From: a virus
Lineage: Duplodnaviria > Caudoviricetes
Strand: one strand, 5' to 3'
IMG/VR virus record: IMGVR_UViG_3300020047_007062
Span: 9,590-73,589 of that record
DNA length: 64,000 bases
Shown here one piece after another: positions 1 to 9,300 of this stretch; position 1 is the first letter of the stretch, and each line of letters starts with the position of its first letter. Made by a program: the position numbers and the translations under genes. Under the pieces are notes generated by a model that ran no database searches, was not told where the DNA came from, and saw only the letters and a program-made list of their open reading frames with translations.

Positions 1-162
1 TGAAAGCACCCTGAACAGACTAAGCCCGTTACCTGAAAAAGATTGGATTGAAAGGTTTTTTGGCAAAGATACTTTTGATGCAGTCCACAAAATGTGTGAT
101 TATATCATTTGTCAATATCCAAAAAGTCGCTTTGCGGAGTGGTGGAGTAAAAATATTACCCA

Positions 163-429
163 ATGAACCCATTACAACCCATTACCATCCCCCTTGGGGA
201 CGCCCCTGTCCCAACGCTTGATGCCGTTTTCTATCAGGACGTCAGGGAGTTCATGGTTTGGATGGCCTGTAACTACTACTTGGCCCCCCACCGCAAACAG
301 GTTGAGAGGGAGAGCGGGCTAACCCAACAGGATATACTCAGGGCCGCGTGGGGCAAGGATTTGGACAGGGCTAAGGCCGACAGGATAAGGAAGTGGTTAA
401 AGGATAACCCCAACTACCGCAATGATTGA
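163..429 (+). CDS. hypothetical phage protein
   Basis: 88-aa ORF whose stop overlaps the next start. Confidence 0.6.
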   Translation: MNPLQPITIPLGDAPVPTLDAVFYQDVREFMVWMACNYYLAPHRKQVERESGLTQQDILRAAWGKDLDRAKADRIRKWLKDNPNYRND

Positions 430-868
430 ACGTTGTACATTCTACGGATTCAAACGGGACGGCAAACCCGTTATGCCCAACTCCAAGGGCTTATGGGCAT
501 ACGTAATGGCTTTGAAGGGGGACGAGTTCCAAATAACAGTGGAACCCAAGAAGAAGAACCGTTCAAACCAACAGAACCGCTACCTGCATGGGGTGGTGTA
601 CCCCTTGGCCGCCAAGGGATTGTCGGACGCATGGGGCTATCCCGTATCACTCGAAGAAACCCACCTCTTTTTCAAGTTGAAATATTGGTACAAGGAAGGG
701 GTGGACGTGGAGACGGGAGAGATCACCAAGCTACCGAGGTCAACAAGGGAGATGGATACGGTTGATATGATGGGGTATTTGGAGGCCATACGGGCCTTTT
801 GCGCGGCCTATTTGGGGACGGACATACCCGAACCTAATGAGCAGGTAGAAATGGAGTTTAATCAATAA
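422..868 (+). CDS. NinB/YbcN-like phage recombination protein
   Basis: RSNQQNRYLHGVVY and STREMDTVDMMGYLEAIRAF motifs resemble the NinB family. Confidence 0.65.
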   Translation: MIERCTFYGFKRDGKPVMPNSKGLWAYVMALKGDEFQITVEPKKKNRSNQQNRYLHGVVYPLAAKGLSDAWGYPVSLEETHLFFKLKYWYKEGVDVETGEITKLPRSTREMDTVDMMGYLEAIRAFCAAYLGTDIPEPNEQVEMEFNQ

Positions 869-878
869 AAATCACAAT

Positions 879-1199
879 ATGAGTTTAGATGTTTGTTTGA
901 TAACAGAAAACGAAGAAGTTTATAGTTCCAACATTACCCACAACCTCGCTACAATGGCGGACGAAGCGGGTATTTATGAGGTGCTTTGGACGCCAAATGA
1001 GATAGGCAAAACCAAGGCGTCCGAACTTGTGGAACTACTTGAAGAAGGATTGGCTGACTTGAAAGAACGACCCGACCACTTCAAAAAGTTTGACGCCCAA
1101 AACAAGTGGGGGACTTATGAGCAGTTCGTCCCGTTTGTGGAAGACTACTTAAATGCTTGTAAGGAACATCCCGACGCCAAGGTGGAGGTATCGAGATAA
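879..1199 (+). CDS. conserved hypothetical phage protein
   Basis: 106-aa ORF with NITHNL..MADEAGIYE.LW and NKWGTYE motifs typical of small phage proteins. Confidence 0.7.
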   Translation: MSLDVCLITENEEVYSSNITHNLATMADEAGIYEVLWTPNEIGKTKASELVELLEEGLADLKERPDHFKKFDAQNKWGTYEQFVPFVEDYLNACKEHPDAKVEVSR

Positions 1200-1383
1200 A
1201 ATACGCCGTGGGTGCTGGGCGGTTTATCGGCACCGAATTAAATATTGGGTAGTGTCTCAGTTTGAAATAATCAACAAAACCATATCGCAAAAATGAATAA
1301 AAGCAAAACCGTATCAGTAAGGAAGCGTATTGCCGATTCCTTCGTAGTTGAAGTCCTTGTGGAATATGTTGGATTCCTCAAAT

Positions 1384-1983
1384 TCATGCTTTGGCTGTTT
1401 GGTCTTCGGAAGCACGATCATTAGCAGCCAATTGCTTTAGGTAATAATCGTAAAATGCAATTGACTTAGCGTAGTATTCGTTTAGAAGAGCCTTATTGTC
1501 TCGTTCTATCAATTCCTCAGCACCTAAAACTCGTGGGTAGAATATTTTGTCGAAGTCCTCTCGCGTGACGTTACGTATCTTGATGTCACTTGCTATTAGG
1601 AACAAAAGATCAGACGTGATCTTATTCAATGTTGCCTTTTCTTCATCCGTCAAGTCTCTGCCCCCATCTGTGTTCACGGTTGCGTGAAACTGTTTCCATT
1701 TCTCACGAATTTCATTGTTTTTTGGAAACACTACCTGTATCGCATTCAAAGTATCGGCTAATTCTCGCTTAAAAACAGGGGATGCCCTGTGTAAGAATAG
1801 CTTTTGGAACAAGTCGCTCTTGATCTGTTGATTTGCATATCGCTTTTGCGACCAAATAGTAATACCTACACAGATCATTGGAACACATACTATTGCTATT
1901 AGTTCAATAATAGAAATAATTAGTTCCACTATTCGAAAATCTAAGTATGGCAACGGGACAAAGGTTTTGGTTGCCCCAAACAT
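1384..1983 (-). CDS. IS passenger, DUF6680-like protein with an N-terminal TM helix
   Basis: hydrophobic IIELIAIVCVPMICVGITIW followed by LFQKLFLHR...LNAIQVVF; AT-rich. Confidence 0.55.
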   Translation of the reverse strand: MFGATKTFVPLPYLDFRIVELIISIIELIAIVCVPMICVGITIWSQKRYANQQIKSDLFQKLFLHRASPVFKRELADTLNAIQVVFPKNNEIREKWKQFHATVNTDGGRDLTDEEKATLNKITSDLLFLIASDIKIRNVTREDFDKIFYPRVLGAEELIERDNKALLNEYYAKSIAFYDYYLKQLAANDRASEDQTAKA

Positions 1984-1990
1984 AGCAAAC

Positions 1991-2821
1991 TTAGCTCTCA
2001 GACAGTCGGGCTATATCCTCATAACTCATAATGTCCTGAGTTAATCCCGCCTCCATTGCAGGGGTAACCCTCAATGTCTTGTGAATCTTGCAGAAATTGT
2101 AATATACGAAGTGTAGGGCGATTGCGTGGCAATGGTTCTCTACCTTCTTAGAAAAGGCATTGGTAAGCCTTGTAAACCGTCTCATGTGCATCCGCATGGT
2201 CAGGTTTTGACGCTCTACATAGCTTGTAGATATGTGGCTGGCCTCAGGATTGCCAATAACATCTACTTTCTTGGCTCCAATACATTCAGCAGGTGAATAT
2301 CTCTTTTCGCCCTTTATTTCGGTTGAACCATACAATTTCACAAGTTGAGCATAGTCTATTCCTGAGGGAAAAGCATCCGCAACCGCGTCTATGTAGGACT
2401 TAAAACCGTCCGTTGTCAGTTGAATCCTATTTTGAATGCGTGACGCCACATCTTGCATAAAATCGTTTGCGCTATCCGCATCCCGATTGCCAACAAACCA
2501 GGACACTACCAACTTAGTTTCCGCGTCAATGCCTACCCAAGTCCAAACATCACCCGCTTCGCCCCTTTCCCTCATGTCCTCAGGTGCGTTCTTATGCTTT
2601 GCATAGACAAACGACCAAATTTCGTCGCATTGAACGCGCTTACAGATCAGCCCTCTTACTGTTTCGTCGTGGAAACGCTGACATGCCTGACCAACCTCAA
2701 CAAGTAGTTTGGTCACGGTATTGATTGAACAATCGGCTATGCGTGACGTGGCGCGCAGGCTATTACCCTCACACAGTAGTTGAATGATTCGGGCTTTGTC
2801 GGTAATGGATTTCTTGTTCAT
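1991..2821 (-). CDS. IS1-family DDE transposase (single ORF)
   Basis: N-terminal HTH (EGNSLRATSRIADCSINTV), QCDEIWSFV, TTDG, ERQNLTMRMHMRRFTRLTNAFSKK. Confidence 0.93.
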   Translation of the reverse strand: MNKKSITDKARIIQLLCEGNSLRATSRIADCSINTVTKLLVEVGQACQRFHDETVRGLICKRVQCDEIWSFVYAKHKNAPEDMRERGEAGDVWTWVGIDAETKLVVSWFVGNRDADSANDFMQDVASRIQNRIQLTTDGFKSYIDAVADAFPSGIDYAQLVKLYGSTEIKGEKRYSPAECIGAKKVDVIGNPEASHISTSYVERQNLTMRMHMRRFTRLTNAFSKKVENHCHAIALHFVYYNFCKIHKTLRVTPAMEAGLTQDIMSYEDIARLSES

Positions 2822-2825
2822 GCGA

Positions 2826-2833
2826 CAAAGATA
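2826..2833 (-). promoter_or_regulatory. Bacteroidota -7 promoter element of the transposase
   Basis: TATCTTTG on the minus strand, 4 nt upstream of the ATG at 2821. Confidence 0.7.
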
Positions 2834-2991
2834 ATGAACTTTTGCTTATTCGGTCAAGAATAATATTCATTATGAGTAACAAAAATGTTAAAAAACGGAT
2901 GTCGCTCATTGTGTGGCGGTTGGTTGGGTTTATGTTGCACAACTTTTGTCAACAATTTACGTACTATAAAGGTTGTAAATTTGTTTTAACC

Positions 2992-3534
2992 ATGAACTCT
3001 GTTTCCTTTAATTATTGCGATCCTGGATCACAGGAGAAGGCCGTCAAGTTTATTGAGTCTTTTACTCGTAACCCCAATAAATCAAAGCCTGATGCAACTT
3101 CCATAAAAGTGGCATATCAATACTTAGAACCAAAAGAGTCAACTCATTTGAAGGAAGTTTCCAACATTGTTTTGAATCTATCGGAAAGCATTTTAGATAG
3201 CCTACCAACAAACAAAAACAACCGTTGGAGTGAAGCTAAAGTGAATGTTGTTGCGCAGACTTGTGGGTCTCTTAATCAGGCGGTTGAATCATTACTAACA
3301 ATGATCCAAACCATTGATGTAGTAAAAGGAACTTCCCAAGCCATCAAAAACTTTAAAATAGCATCAGAAAACCTTACGTTTATTGAAGATTACTTGATAG
3401 GCGTATGCACAATAGATGCTGCGCGAAATGATGTTAAACACATGCGCCCTATGACCCCAAGTCAGTTCAAAAAGTATATTAATAAATATAGCAGTTATGT
3501 ATGGGATACTGATCTCGAAATCTGCATTAGCTGA
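2992..3534 (+). CDS. IS passenger, hypothetical (putative antitoxin)
   Basis: 180 aa from ATG 2992; overlaps the downstream RelE-like gene. Confidence 0.55.
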   Translation: MNSVSFNYCDPGSQEKAVKFIESFTRNPNKSKPDATSIKVAYQYLEPKESTHLKEVSNIVLNLSESILDSLPTNKNNRWSEAKVNVVAQTCGSLNQAVESLLTMIQTIDVVKGTSQAIKNFKIASENLTFIEDYLIGVCTIDAARNDVKHMRPMTPSQFKKYINKYSSYVWDTDLEICIS

Positions 3535-3811
3535 TTTGACAACTCAGCACAACGCGAAGTTTAAATCACGTATTATTTCAGACATTCAAGACATCGCTAA
3601 CGAGCCACATTCGAAAAGAATCAAGTCAATTAAGAAGAACATTTTAGGGACATTTTATGTAAATTGTGGGCCTCGGTATTGTGTAGTATTAGATATGGAT
3701 CATGACAATGAGACAATAAGTATCTTAGCGGTATGGCACCGCGCATATCTGCATAATTTAGTTAACGGCCGAACAAAACTTAAATCTACTTCTTCCCCCA
3801 CCGCTTCTTAG
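3497..3811 (+). CDS. RelE/ParE-fold toxin-like protein
   Basis: MYGILISKSALADL...RYCVVLDMDHDNETISILAVWHR is the RelE/ParE pattern; 104 aa. Confidence 0.65.
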   Translation: MYGILISKSALADLTTQHNAKFKSRIISDIQDIANEPHSKRIKSIKKNILGTFYVNCGPRYCVVLDMDHDNETISILAVWHRAYLHNLVNGRTKLKSTSSPTAS

Positions 3812-4019
3812 CGGCTTTTTTGGCAATAGCCGACCGTTGTTCGGCTGTTAGTTTTTTGGCTCTTGCCTTTCCGCCCTTTAATCCGCCTAACCTGCCTAAT
3901 GCAACAGCAGCAGGATTTTTGCCTTCGCTGTTTTTTGGGTCAACGGCTTCGCCCGTTGAGATGTCCACAATAGATTTGGCGAGCTGATTGGGGTCGCGTG
4001 GTCTTTTCTTTTTAGCCAT
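3786..4019 (-). CDS. small basic histone-H1-like protein associated with IS1-type elements
   Basis: RPRDPNQLAK...KNPAAVALGRLGGLKGGKARAKKL..EQR..IAKKAA..RW; next to the right TIR. Confidence 0.8.
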   Translation of the reverse strand: MAKKKRPRDPNQLAKSIVDISTGEAVDPKNSEGKNPAAVALGRLGGLKGGKARAKKLTAEQRSAIAKKAAKKRWGKK

Positions 4020-4095
4020 GCAGCAAATATGGCCATTCTTGAGCGGTCAAGATGTTAAAATTCCAAACTGAGACACTACCAAATATTGAAAGGAA

Positions 4096-4332
4096 ATGAC
4101 ACCACAAGAAAAAGCACAGGAACTTATTGAGAAGTATCTACCTACGGTACGAGGTGCTGACAGATACAACTACAACGTTGAAAGCATGAACGTGTTTATT
4201 GCAAAAGAATGTGCAAAAATAGCCGTTGATGAAATTTTGGAAACTCTCAAAACTTGTTGGGACGAACAAGGTGCTTACTTGCAGCACAACTATTGGGAGA
4301 ACGTGAAACTTGAATTGGAGCAAACGAAATAA
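4096..4332 (+). CDS. hypothetical Bacteroidota-phage protein
   Basis: MTPQEKAQELIEKY...AKECAKIAVDEIL...YWENVKLELE pattern. Confidence 0.75.
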   Translation: MTPQEKAQELIEKYLPTVRGADRYNYNVESMNVFIAKECAKIAVDEILETLKTCWDEQGAYLQHNYWENVKLELEQTK

Positions 4333-4348
4333 GTTGCCTCAATCCCCC

Positions 4349-4380
4349 TTTGCAAAAATTCCCAAAAACACCTATCTTTG
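4349..4380 (+). promoter_or_regulatory. consensus Bacteroidota promoter
   Basis: TTTG 4349-4352, 20-bp spacer, TATCTTTG 4373-4380. Confidence 0.7.
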
Positions 4381-4452
4381 TCCCGACCCAAAACCCCAAC
4401 GTGGTGAAACTCCCCGTGGGCAGCAACGGACAGGTGAGGAACGTAGGGTCAA

Positions 4453-4493
4453 CCGAGGGGGTGTGCTATCAGGCGTCACCCCTTCGGCTTTTA
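4453..4493. terminator. intrinsic (possibly bidirectional) terminator
   Basis: 11-bp stem CCGAGGGGGTG/CACCCCTTCGG followed by CTTTTA, just past the endolysin stop. Confidence 0.65.
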
Positions 4494-4499
4494 TACCCC

Positions 4500-5006
4500 T
4501 TAGAGAATAACGTATCCCGCACCATCAACATTCCCCAATCTGACATCGGTTAGTAATGACTTTGTAGAACGCCCAAATGTCTGTTGGAAGTGGGGGCGAT
4601 CCTTAAATCCTGACCAGTCTCCGCCCCATTCGTAGCCATAGTGTTTGGCTATTACAACAACCTCTAACCAATCTGCCTTCCCATCCCCGTCAAAGTCCAC
4701 GTTGGTTTCCCATGAGGCCGTCTCGAACTTACCATCCGCATTGGTGTCCTTTAACAGGACTATATCAAAGGCAAGTCCATAATTGTGGTATGATTGACCA
4801 CCCCTTGCGTTGGTGACTATTTTGCCCGCTTTTGTCCGCCCTTGGGCGTAGAGTTCATCTTGCTCCTGAAAGGTGCGTAGAGTGTACGCAAATCGGCACA
4901 GCGCCTTTCCAGTGAGTGCCTTGCAAATATCCCTGTACATTTCCACGGCATCGGCCCGTAGTTTGGGGTGCATCAGTTGGATGCGGTCAAGTGTAATTTT
5001 ATCCAT
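4500..5006 (-). CDS. endolysin, M15 (L-Ala-D-Glu) peptidase
   Basis: RTFQEQDELYAQGRTK.G.IVTNARGGQSYHNYGLAFD and DRPHFQ motifs. Confidence 0.92.
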   Translation of the reverse strand: MDKITLDRIQLMHPKLRADAVEMYRDICKALTGKALCRFAYTLRTFQEQDELYAQGRTKAGKIVTNARGGQSYHNYGLAFDIVLLKDTNADGKFETASWETNVDFDGDGKADWLEVVVIAKHYGYEWGGDWSGFKDRPHFQQTFGRSTKSLLTDVRLGNVDGAGYVIL

Positions 5007-5286
5007 TAGTTACTTCTGTTGTGTTTGGGTCATAAGTCACGGGCGGTTTCTTTCCCCTGACCATCCCTATCATTTCCTTGCCACCCTCGACACCCGCAAA
5101 GGTGATTAGTCCCCATAAGGCCCATTCGAGGGCTGAATTGTACACATCGAGGACATCATCGAAGGTCTCGGTATCGTTAAAATAGATGATGGCGGCCCCT
5201 ATGAATATGAATACCCAATAGGCAATGAGGAGCGCGAATTTGCGCGAGGCCATCCATTCCTGTAACTTCTGTGCTGTCTTACTCAT
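4999..5286 (-). CDS. putative holin
   Basis: 95 aa, two TM segments, SRKF motif, overlaps the endolysin start. Confidence 0.65.
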   Translation of the reverse strand: MSKTAQKLQEWMASRKFALLIAYWVFIFIGAAIIYFNDTETFDDVLDVYNSALEWALWGLITFAGVEGGKEMIGMVRGKKPPVTYDPNTTEVTNG

Positions 5287-5645
5287 CTCCTCCTCCTCTT
5301 GCGCTTCCCGTGGGTCTTCTTAGCCAAGGTATAGACCGTGTACATTGATACTACACAGGCTGATGCCTCAGCCAATATTTTGACTACCTCTCCCACGTTT
5401 TTGATTACTTCCATCCAATTAATTACGATGACACCCAAAAAACCAAAGAAGACCGTAAAGATCAAAGCAAATATAAAGCTAATGACCGTATAGGTTTTAT
5501 GTACGTCTAAAATACAGGAAGAAAAGATATGGAAAAACCACACTAACCCAATGGTGATGGGCTTGTGATGGCGCTCTGCAATATCCATCAGGTTTTGGGT
5601 CTCCATAGGTTTTTGGGCAGTCTTTTTAACTGTTTGTATATCCAT
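5283..5645 (-). CDS. membrane protein in the lysis cassette
   Basis: several hydrophobic helices and a highly basic C-terminus (KKTHGKRKRRRR). Confidence 0.6.
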   Translation of the reverse strand: MDIQTVKKTAQKPMETQNLMDIAERHHKPITIGLVWFFHIFSSCILDVHKTYTVISFIFALIFTVFFGFLGVIVINWMEVIKNVGEVVKILAEASACVVSMYTVYTLAKKTHGKRKRRRR

Positions 5646-6025
5646 GAACATCCTTTTTCTATCGGGGCAACAACCCAATAGTTTGTGAGCGCAATATAGC
5701 CACTAATGACAAACCCGACGTACTCCGCCCCCGTTATTTCCAAGGGAGAAAAAAACAGTTCGTCAAAGAGGTTAGTTAAGGCCAGTCCGTAGAAGAACTC
5801 CGCCAAGTGGTAATCCCCCCGCTTCCCCTTCGTGTACCCCATGACACCCTTGGTAATTAACACCCAAGCGATAGCCATACACAGCATCCAAAAGTTGGTG
5901 TAGGCCACCTCAAGTTCGGTCTGACGGTCGGGATACAGGTCAATGAGGTAAGAGAACCTATGCCACGACTGATACGCAACTAAGGTACAGAGGACGGATA
6001 GCCCTATGTGGTAACGGGGTTTCAA
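5588..6025 (-). CDS. membrane protein in the lysis cassette
   Basis: 145 aa with 3-4 hydrophobic segments. Confidence 0.6.
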   Translation of the reverse strand: MKPRYHIGLSVLCTLVAYQSWHRFSYLIDLYPDRQTELEVAYTNFWMLCMAIAWVLITKGVMGYTKGKRGDYHLAEFFYGLALTNLFDELFFSPLEITGAEYVGFVISGYIALTNYWVVAPIEKGCSWIYKQLKRLPKNLWRPKT

Positions 6026-6298
6026 TTAACGCTTCTTGATGTTAGAAGGTCGGTTCCCGTTGAGTTTGTAATAGATGTTCCCAACGGAATCCTCAATCCA
6101 TTGTCCGTTACTCACGTCAACCGATTGGGCTATTTCCGAATACCAATATTCAACGGTGGGGTTGCAGGGAGACCCGTTCTGACCCTGATGGAGGGTGTAG
6201 GGGGATGAGGGGCTTGGGTTGTTGTCCTTGATGTAATCTACACCGAGGTAGTTGAGGAACACGAAGTTCTCATTTGCGGAGAGTTGGACTTGTGGCAT
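6026..6298 (-). CDS. hypothetical protein
   Basis: ATG 6298 (MPQVQLS) lies downstream of the -7 element TACCTTTG at 6329-6336. Confidence 0.6.
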   Translation of the reverse strand: MPQVQLSANENFVFLNYLGVDYIKDNNPSPSSPYTLHQGQNGSPCNPTVEYWYSEIAQSVDVSNGQWIEDSVGNIYYKLNGNRPSNIKKR

Positions 6299-6360
6299 GT
6301 CGTTGTCGGTTATGTGGTATCTGTCGTGCAAAGGTAATCGGTTTAAGCAATTTTAACTAC

Positions 6361-9300
6361 TCATGGTTTATACCCCTCAAGGGCTGCGTTGTACTTCTGA
6401 ATATCCCCCTCCAAGTCCCTGTCGGATGGTGCGTTCCCCCACTTGGCCGTCATGGTCGCAAAGGCAGCCTTATTACTCAAAGTATTGATCTCGCTGATCT
6501 CCCTCTTGATCTCGTCCCTCTCCCTGATGTCAACAAGTTCCTTACCCAACTTGGCCTCGTAATTGGGGTCTTCTGATGTGATCCCCCTGTCGGTCAATTC
6601 CCTCTTGGCCTTGCGTAATTGTTCAAAGGTAGCGGCAGCCACGTACTGTTTGTAGATGTCGTCCCTCGTCTGCTTACTGTCCTCCTGTAACATGGCGTCA
6701 ATCCTCCTCTCCTTCTGCCCCACGGGATTGGTAGCGTAATAAGCCTTGACCAATGCATCAAACTTCTTGGCCTTCTCAAGCCCGTACTCATACAATTCCT
6801 TTTCGGTCATGGTGCGTAACCCGTACCTCTGACTTGGGTCAAACACTTTGTACGGTTCGAGGTCTTCCCGAACATTCAACACGCGGGGGTAGTAGTCACT
6901 CACGAACTTATCCACCTTGTCACCCATCTGCTTTTCCTTAAACATGGTGAGCCACCCGTTCACCGAATTGGCGTAGATGTCCCCTGTCTTATATTCCCGT
7001 CCCCTGTAATCGTAGGCGGGTTTATCCAATGCCCAACCACCAAACAGTCCCATATTCTTTTTCACGTAATCCCCAAAGGTGATAGGGCTTTTCGCTTGGG
7101 GATGGATTGTTTGCTCAAGTTGGCGGGATGTCTGCACCAAGGGGATCAATGCCCTCGTACTCATATCCGCAATCAAATTCTTGAGGTATTTTGGATCGTC
7201 ATAACGACTTGTGATGTCCCTGATTCCCCCAAGTTGTCCGTCCACGATGATGTCACTTGCCATCTTGGTCATGTACTGCCAAGTGCGGTCTGTGAATGTT
7301 AAGTCCTCGAAGTTATCCACGTACCTGTTGAGGTCAGCGTATATCGCTTCGGCCCTTATCGCCCCACCCATCGTTCCAAGTGCCTCGAAGGGGATGTTAT
7401 AGTTCCCAATCCTAACCGCATCCTTGGGCCTTGTCACGCTCTCTGTCTTTGACCGTTTCCAATCGCCGGAACCACTACCGAAGAAGGGGGATTTAACCTC
7501 GTCTTCCTCATCGTCCTCGTCAAACATGGCGTATGCCAATAATGCCAATGTACGTACTGCCAATCCAATCGAGGCGCGGACAATAAATTCGTGGCCGTGC
7601 TGAAAGGATTTCATGGCGCCCAACTTGTCACCTTCCACGAGGCGCTTGTATGCCGCTGCGGTCATGTAACCCGCCCCCTTGGTGTACCCGTAGGTTGGGA
7701 TATACTCCAATGTCTTCTCAACGATATTCCCAACGCCCTTGATGAAGGGGATAATGGTTCCTGTAATCGTGTCAATTAATACTTGTACGAATCTGAAAAA
7801 ATCTTCCGCGAATTTGGATGTCGTTGTTGTTACTATCTTCTTGGTAATTGACTTCAAGACAGACACAATGGCGTCAAGCATCCCAATAGTCAACCTACTG
7901 ATACCATACTGCTCTTGGCTCTTGTATGTATTCCTATTGGCGAAATAAGCCGCCTCCTTGACAATCTCTTGTCCCCTTCCCTGCACGATGATCTCATACA
8001 CCCTCCGCATGAAACGGTTGTTGTCCTTAGCGTTGTCCCCCAAGTTAATACCCATCTTGGCGTAGTCCGCCTCTGCCTGTTCTATCGCGTCTTCCAACGT
8101 CACGGGGTACATCATCTCCAATGTCTTAGCCTCCAACGCTTCCATTGAGAGCGCGGGTTCCTCGATCATCAACTTATGTTTGATGAACGTGTAGGTCTGC
8201 ATCTCTTGGAGTAACACTTGGTTAAGCGTGTCGGGGAACGACAATACCCTACCCACGTACTTGTTGACCCCCTGCATCTTGGAATAATACTTACCAAGCA
8301 AGGTCGTGTATTCAGCGGGGGAGAACTCCAAGGTACGGACGCGGGGTGAACCCTCCTTAGTTTCGGTGATCTCCGAATAAGCCGAACCCAAGTCCACACC
8401 TCCCCTGAGCAATATGTCAAGGGCCGTGCGGAGTGCTGGCTTAATAGCCCGTGCTACCGCTTTATTCACATTCACATCGGGTTTCTTACCCCTACCCAAT
8501 GACGAGTACAGGTTAAGGAGCGAATGGTGCAGGTACATCGGGGGTAATTCGAAAAATCCCGTCAGGTTCTTGAGCGTTGTTATGTAACCGGCGAGCATAC
8601 CCGACTTCATAAAGTCTTGGAACCTGCGGGTAGTAAATTCATGTTGTAGTTGCAACAGACGGGCCGTGAACTCCTCCTCCAAACCCTCCCTCTCAAACCC
8701 ACGGGGGGCCTCGTCAATCTTCCTAAGTTGTTCCTCCATCCAATCCTCGTCTTCCTTGGTCATGGACTTAATACCCAAGTAGTCGGCGAGTTCGGCGAGG
8801 ACGTCCGCCCGCTTGAGCGCCCCTATGTTGTGGGCCTCAATGAGTTTGTCAATGCGGGTCTTTCTGATTCCCTTCTTGCGCTTGCGGCTACCGATCAAAC
8901 GGTTAATGGCCGATTCCTGCTTCTGACGGTGGAGTTCACGGAACCTCGGTGATATTTCCGTGATAAATTGGTCAGCGGCCTGTTCCCCCACTTTGGGGAC
9001 GAGGGCTTCCCTTATTTTGTTTAGGGCATCATCGGCATTTTTGGAACCTTGGACAAGGGGTGACCAGTTGACCCGCACAACCTTCTTACCCTTGATGGTT
9101 GATTCGGTAAAGAGGCCCATGTCAATGAGGGCTTGGCGGATTTTCTTGTCAACACTCACCTTCTTTTTGCCACCCTCCTTCTCACTAATGAGCGCCATCG
9201 CTTCATCCACTTCTTCGTCGGTTGACAGGTCTGACATTGGGTAACCCATATCAACCAAATCTTGGCGTACATTCTTATAGAACTCCGCAATATCTTCCTT

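Larger units (their letters stand above)
1248..4080 (-). mobile_element. IS1-family insertion element with passenger genes (2833 bp)
   Basis: TIRs GGTAGTGTCTCAGTTTGAAAT (1248-1268) and ATTCCAAACTGAGACACTACC (4060-4080) match at 20/21; 8-bp TSD AAATATTG at 1240-1247 and 4081-4088; IS1-type transposase inside. Confidence 0.95.

Noticed and set aside
1991-2821. InsA/InsB programmed frameshift in the IS1 transposase
   Set aside because: HTH and DDE domains are in one uninterrupted frame
4385-4495. Hammerhead or other ribozyme in the candidate sRNA
   Set aside because: GAAAC is present but the CUGANGA core is not
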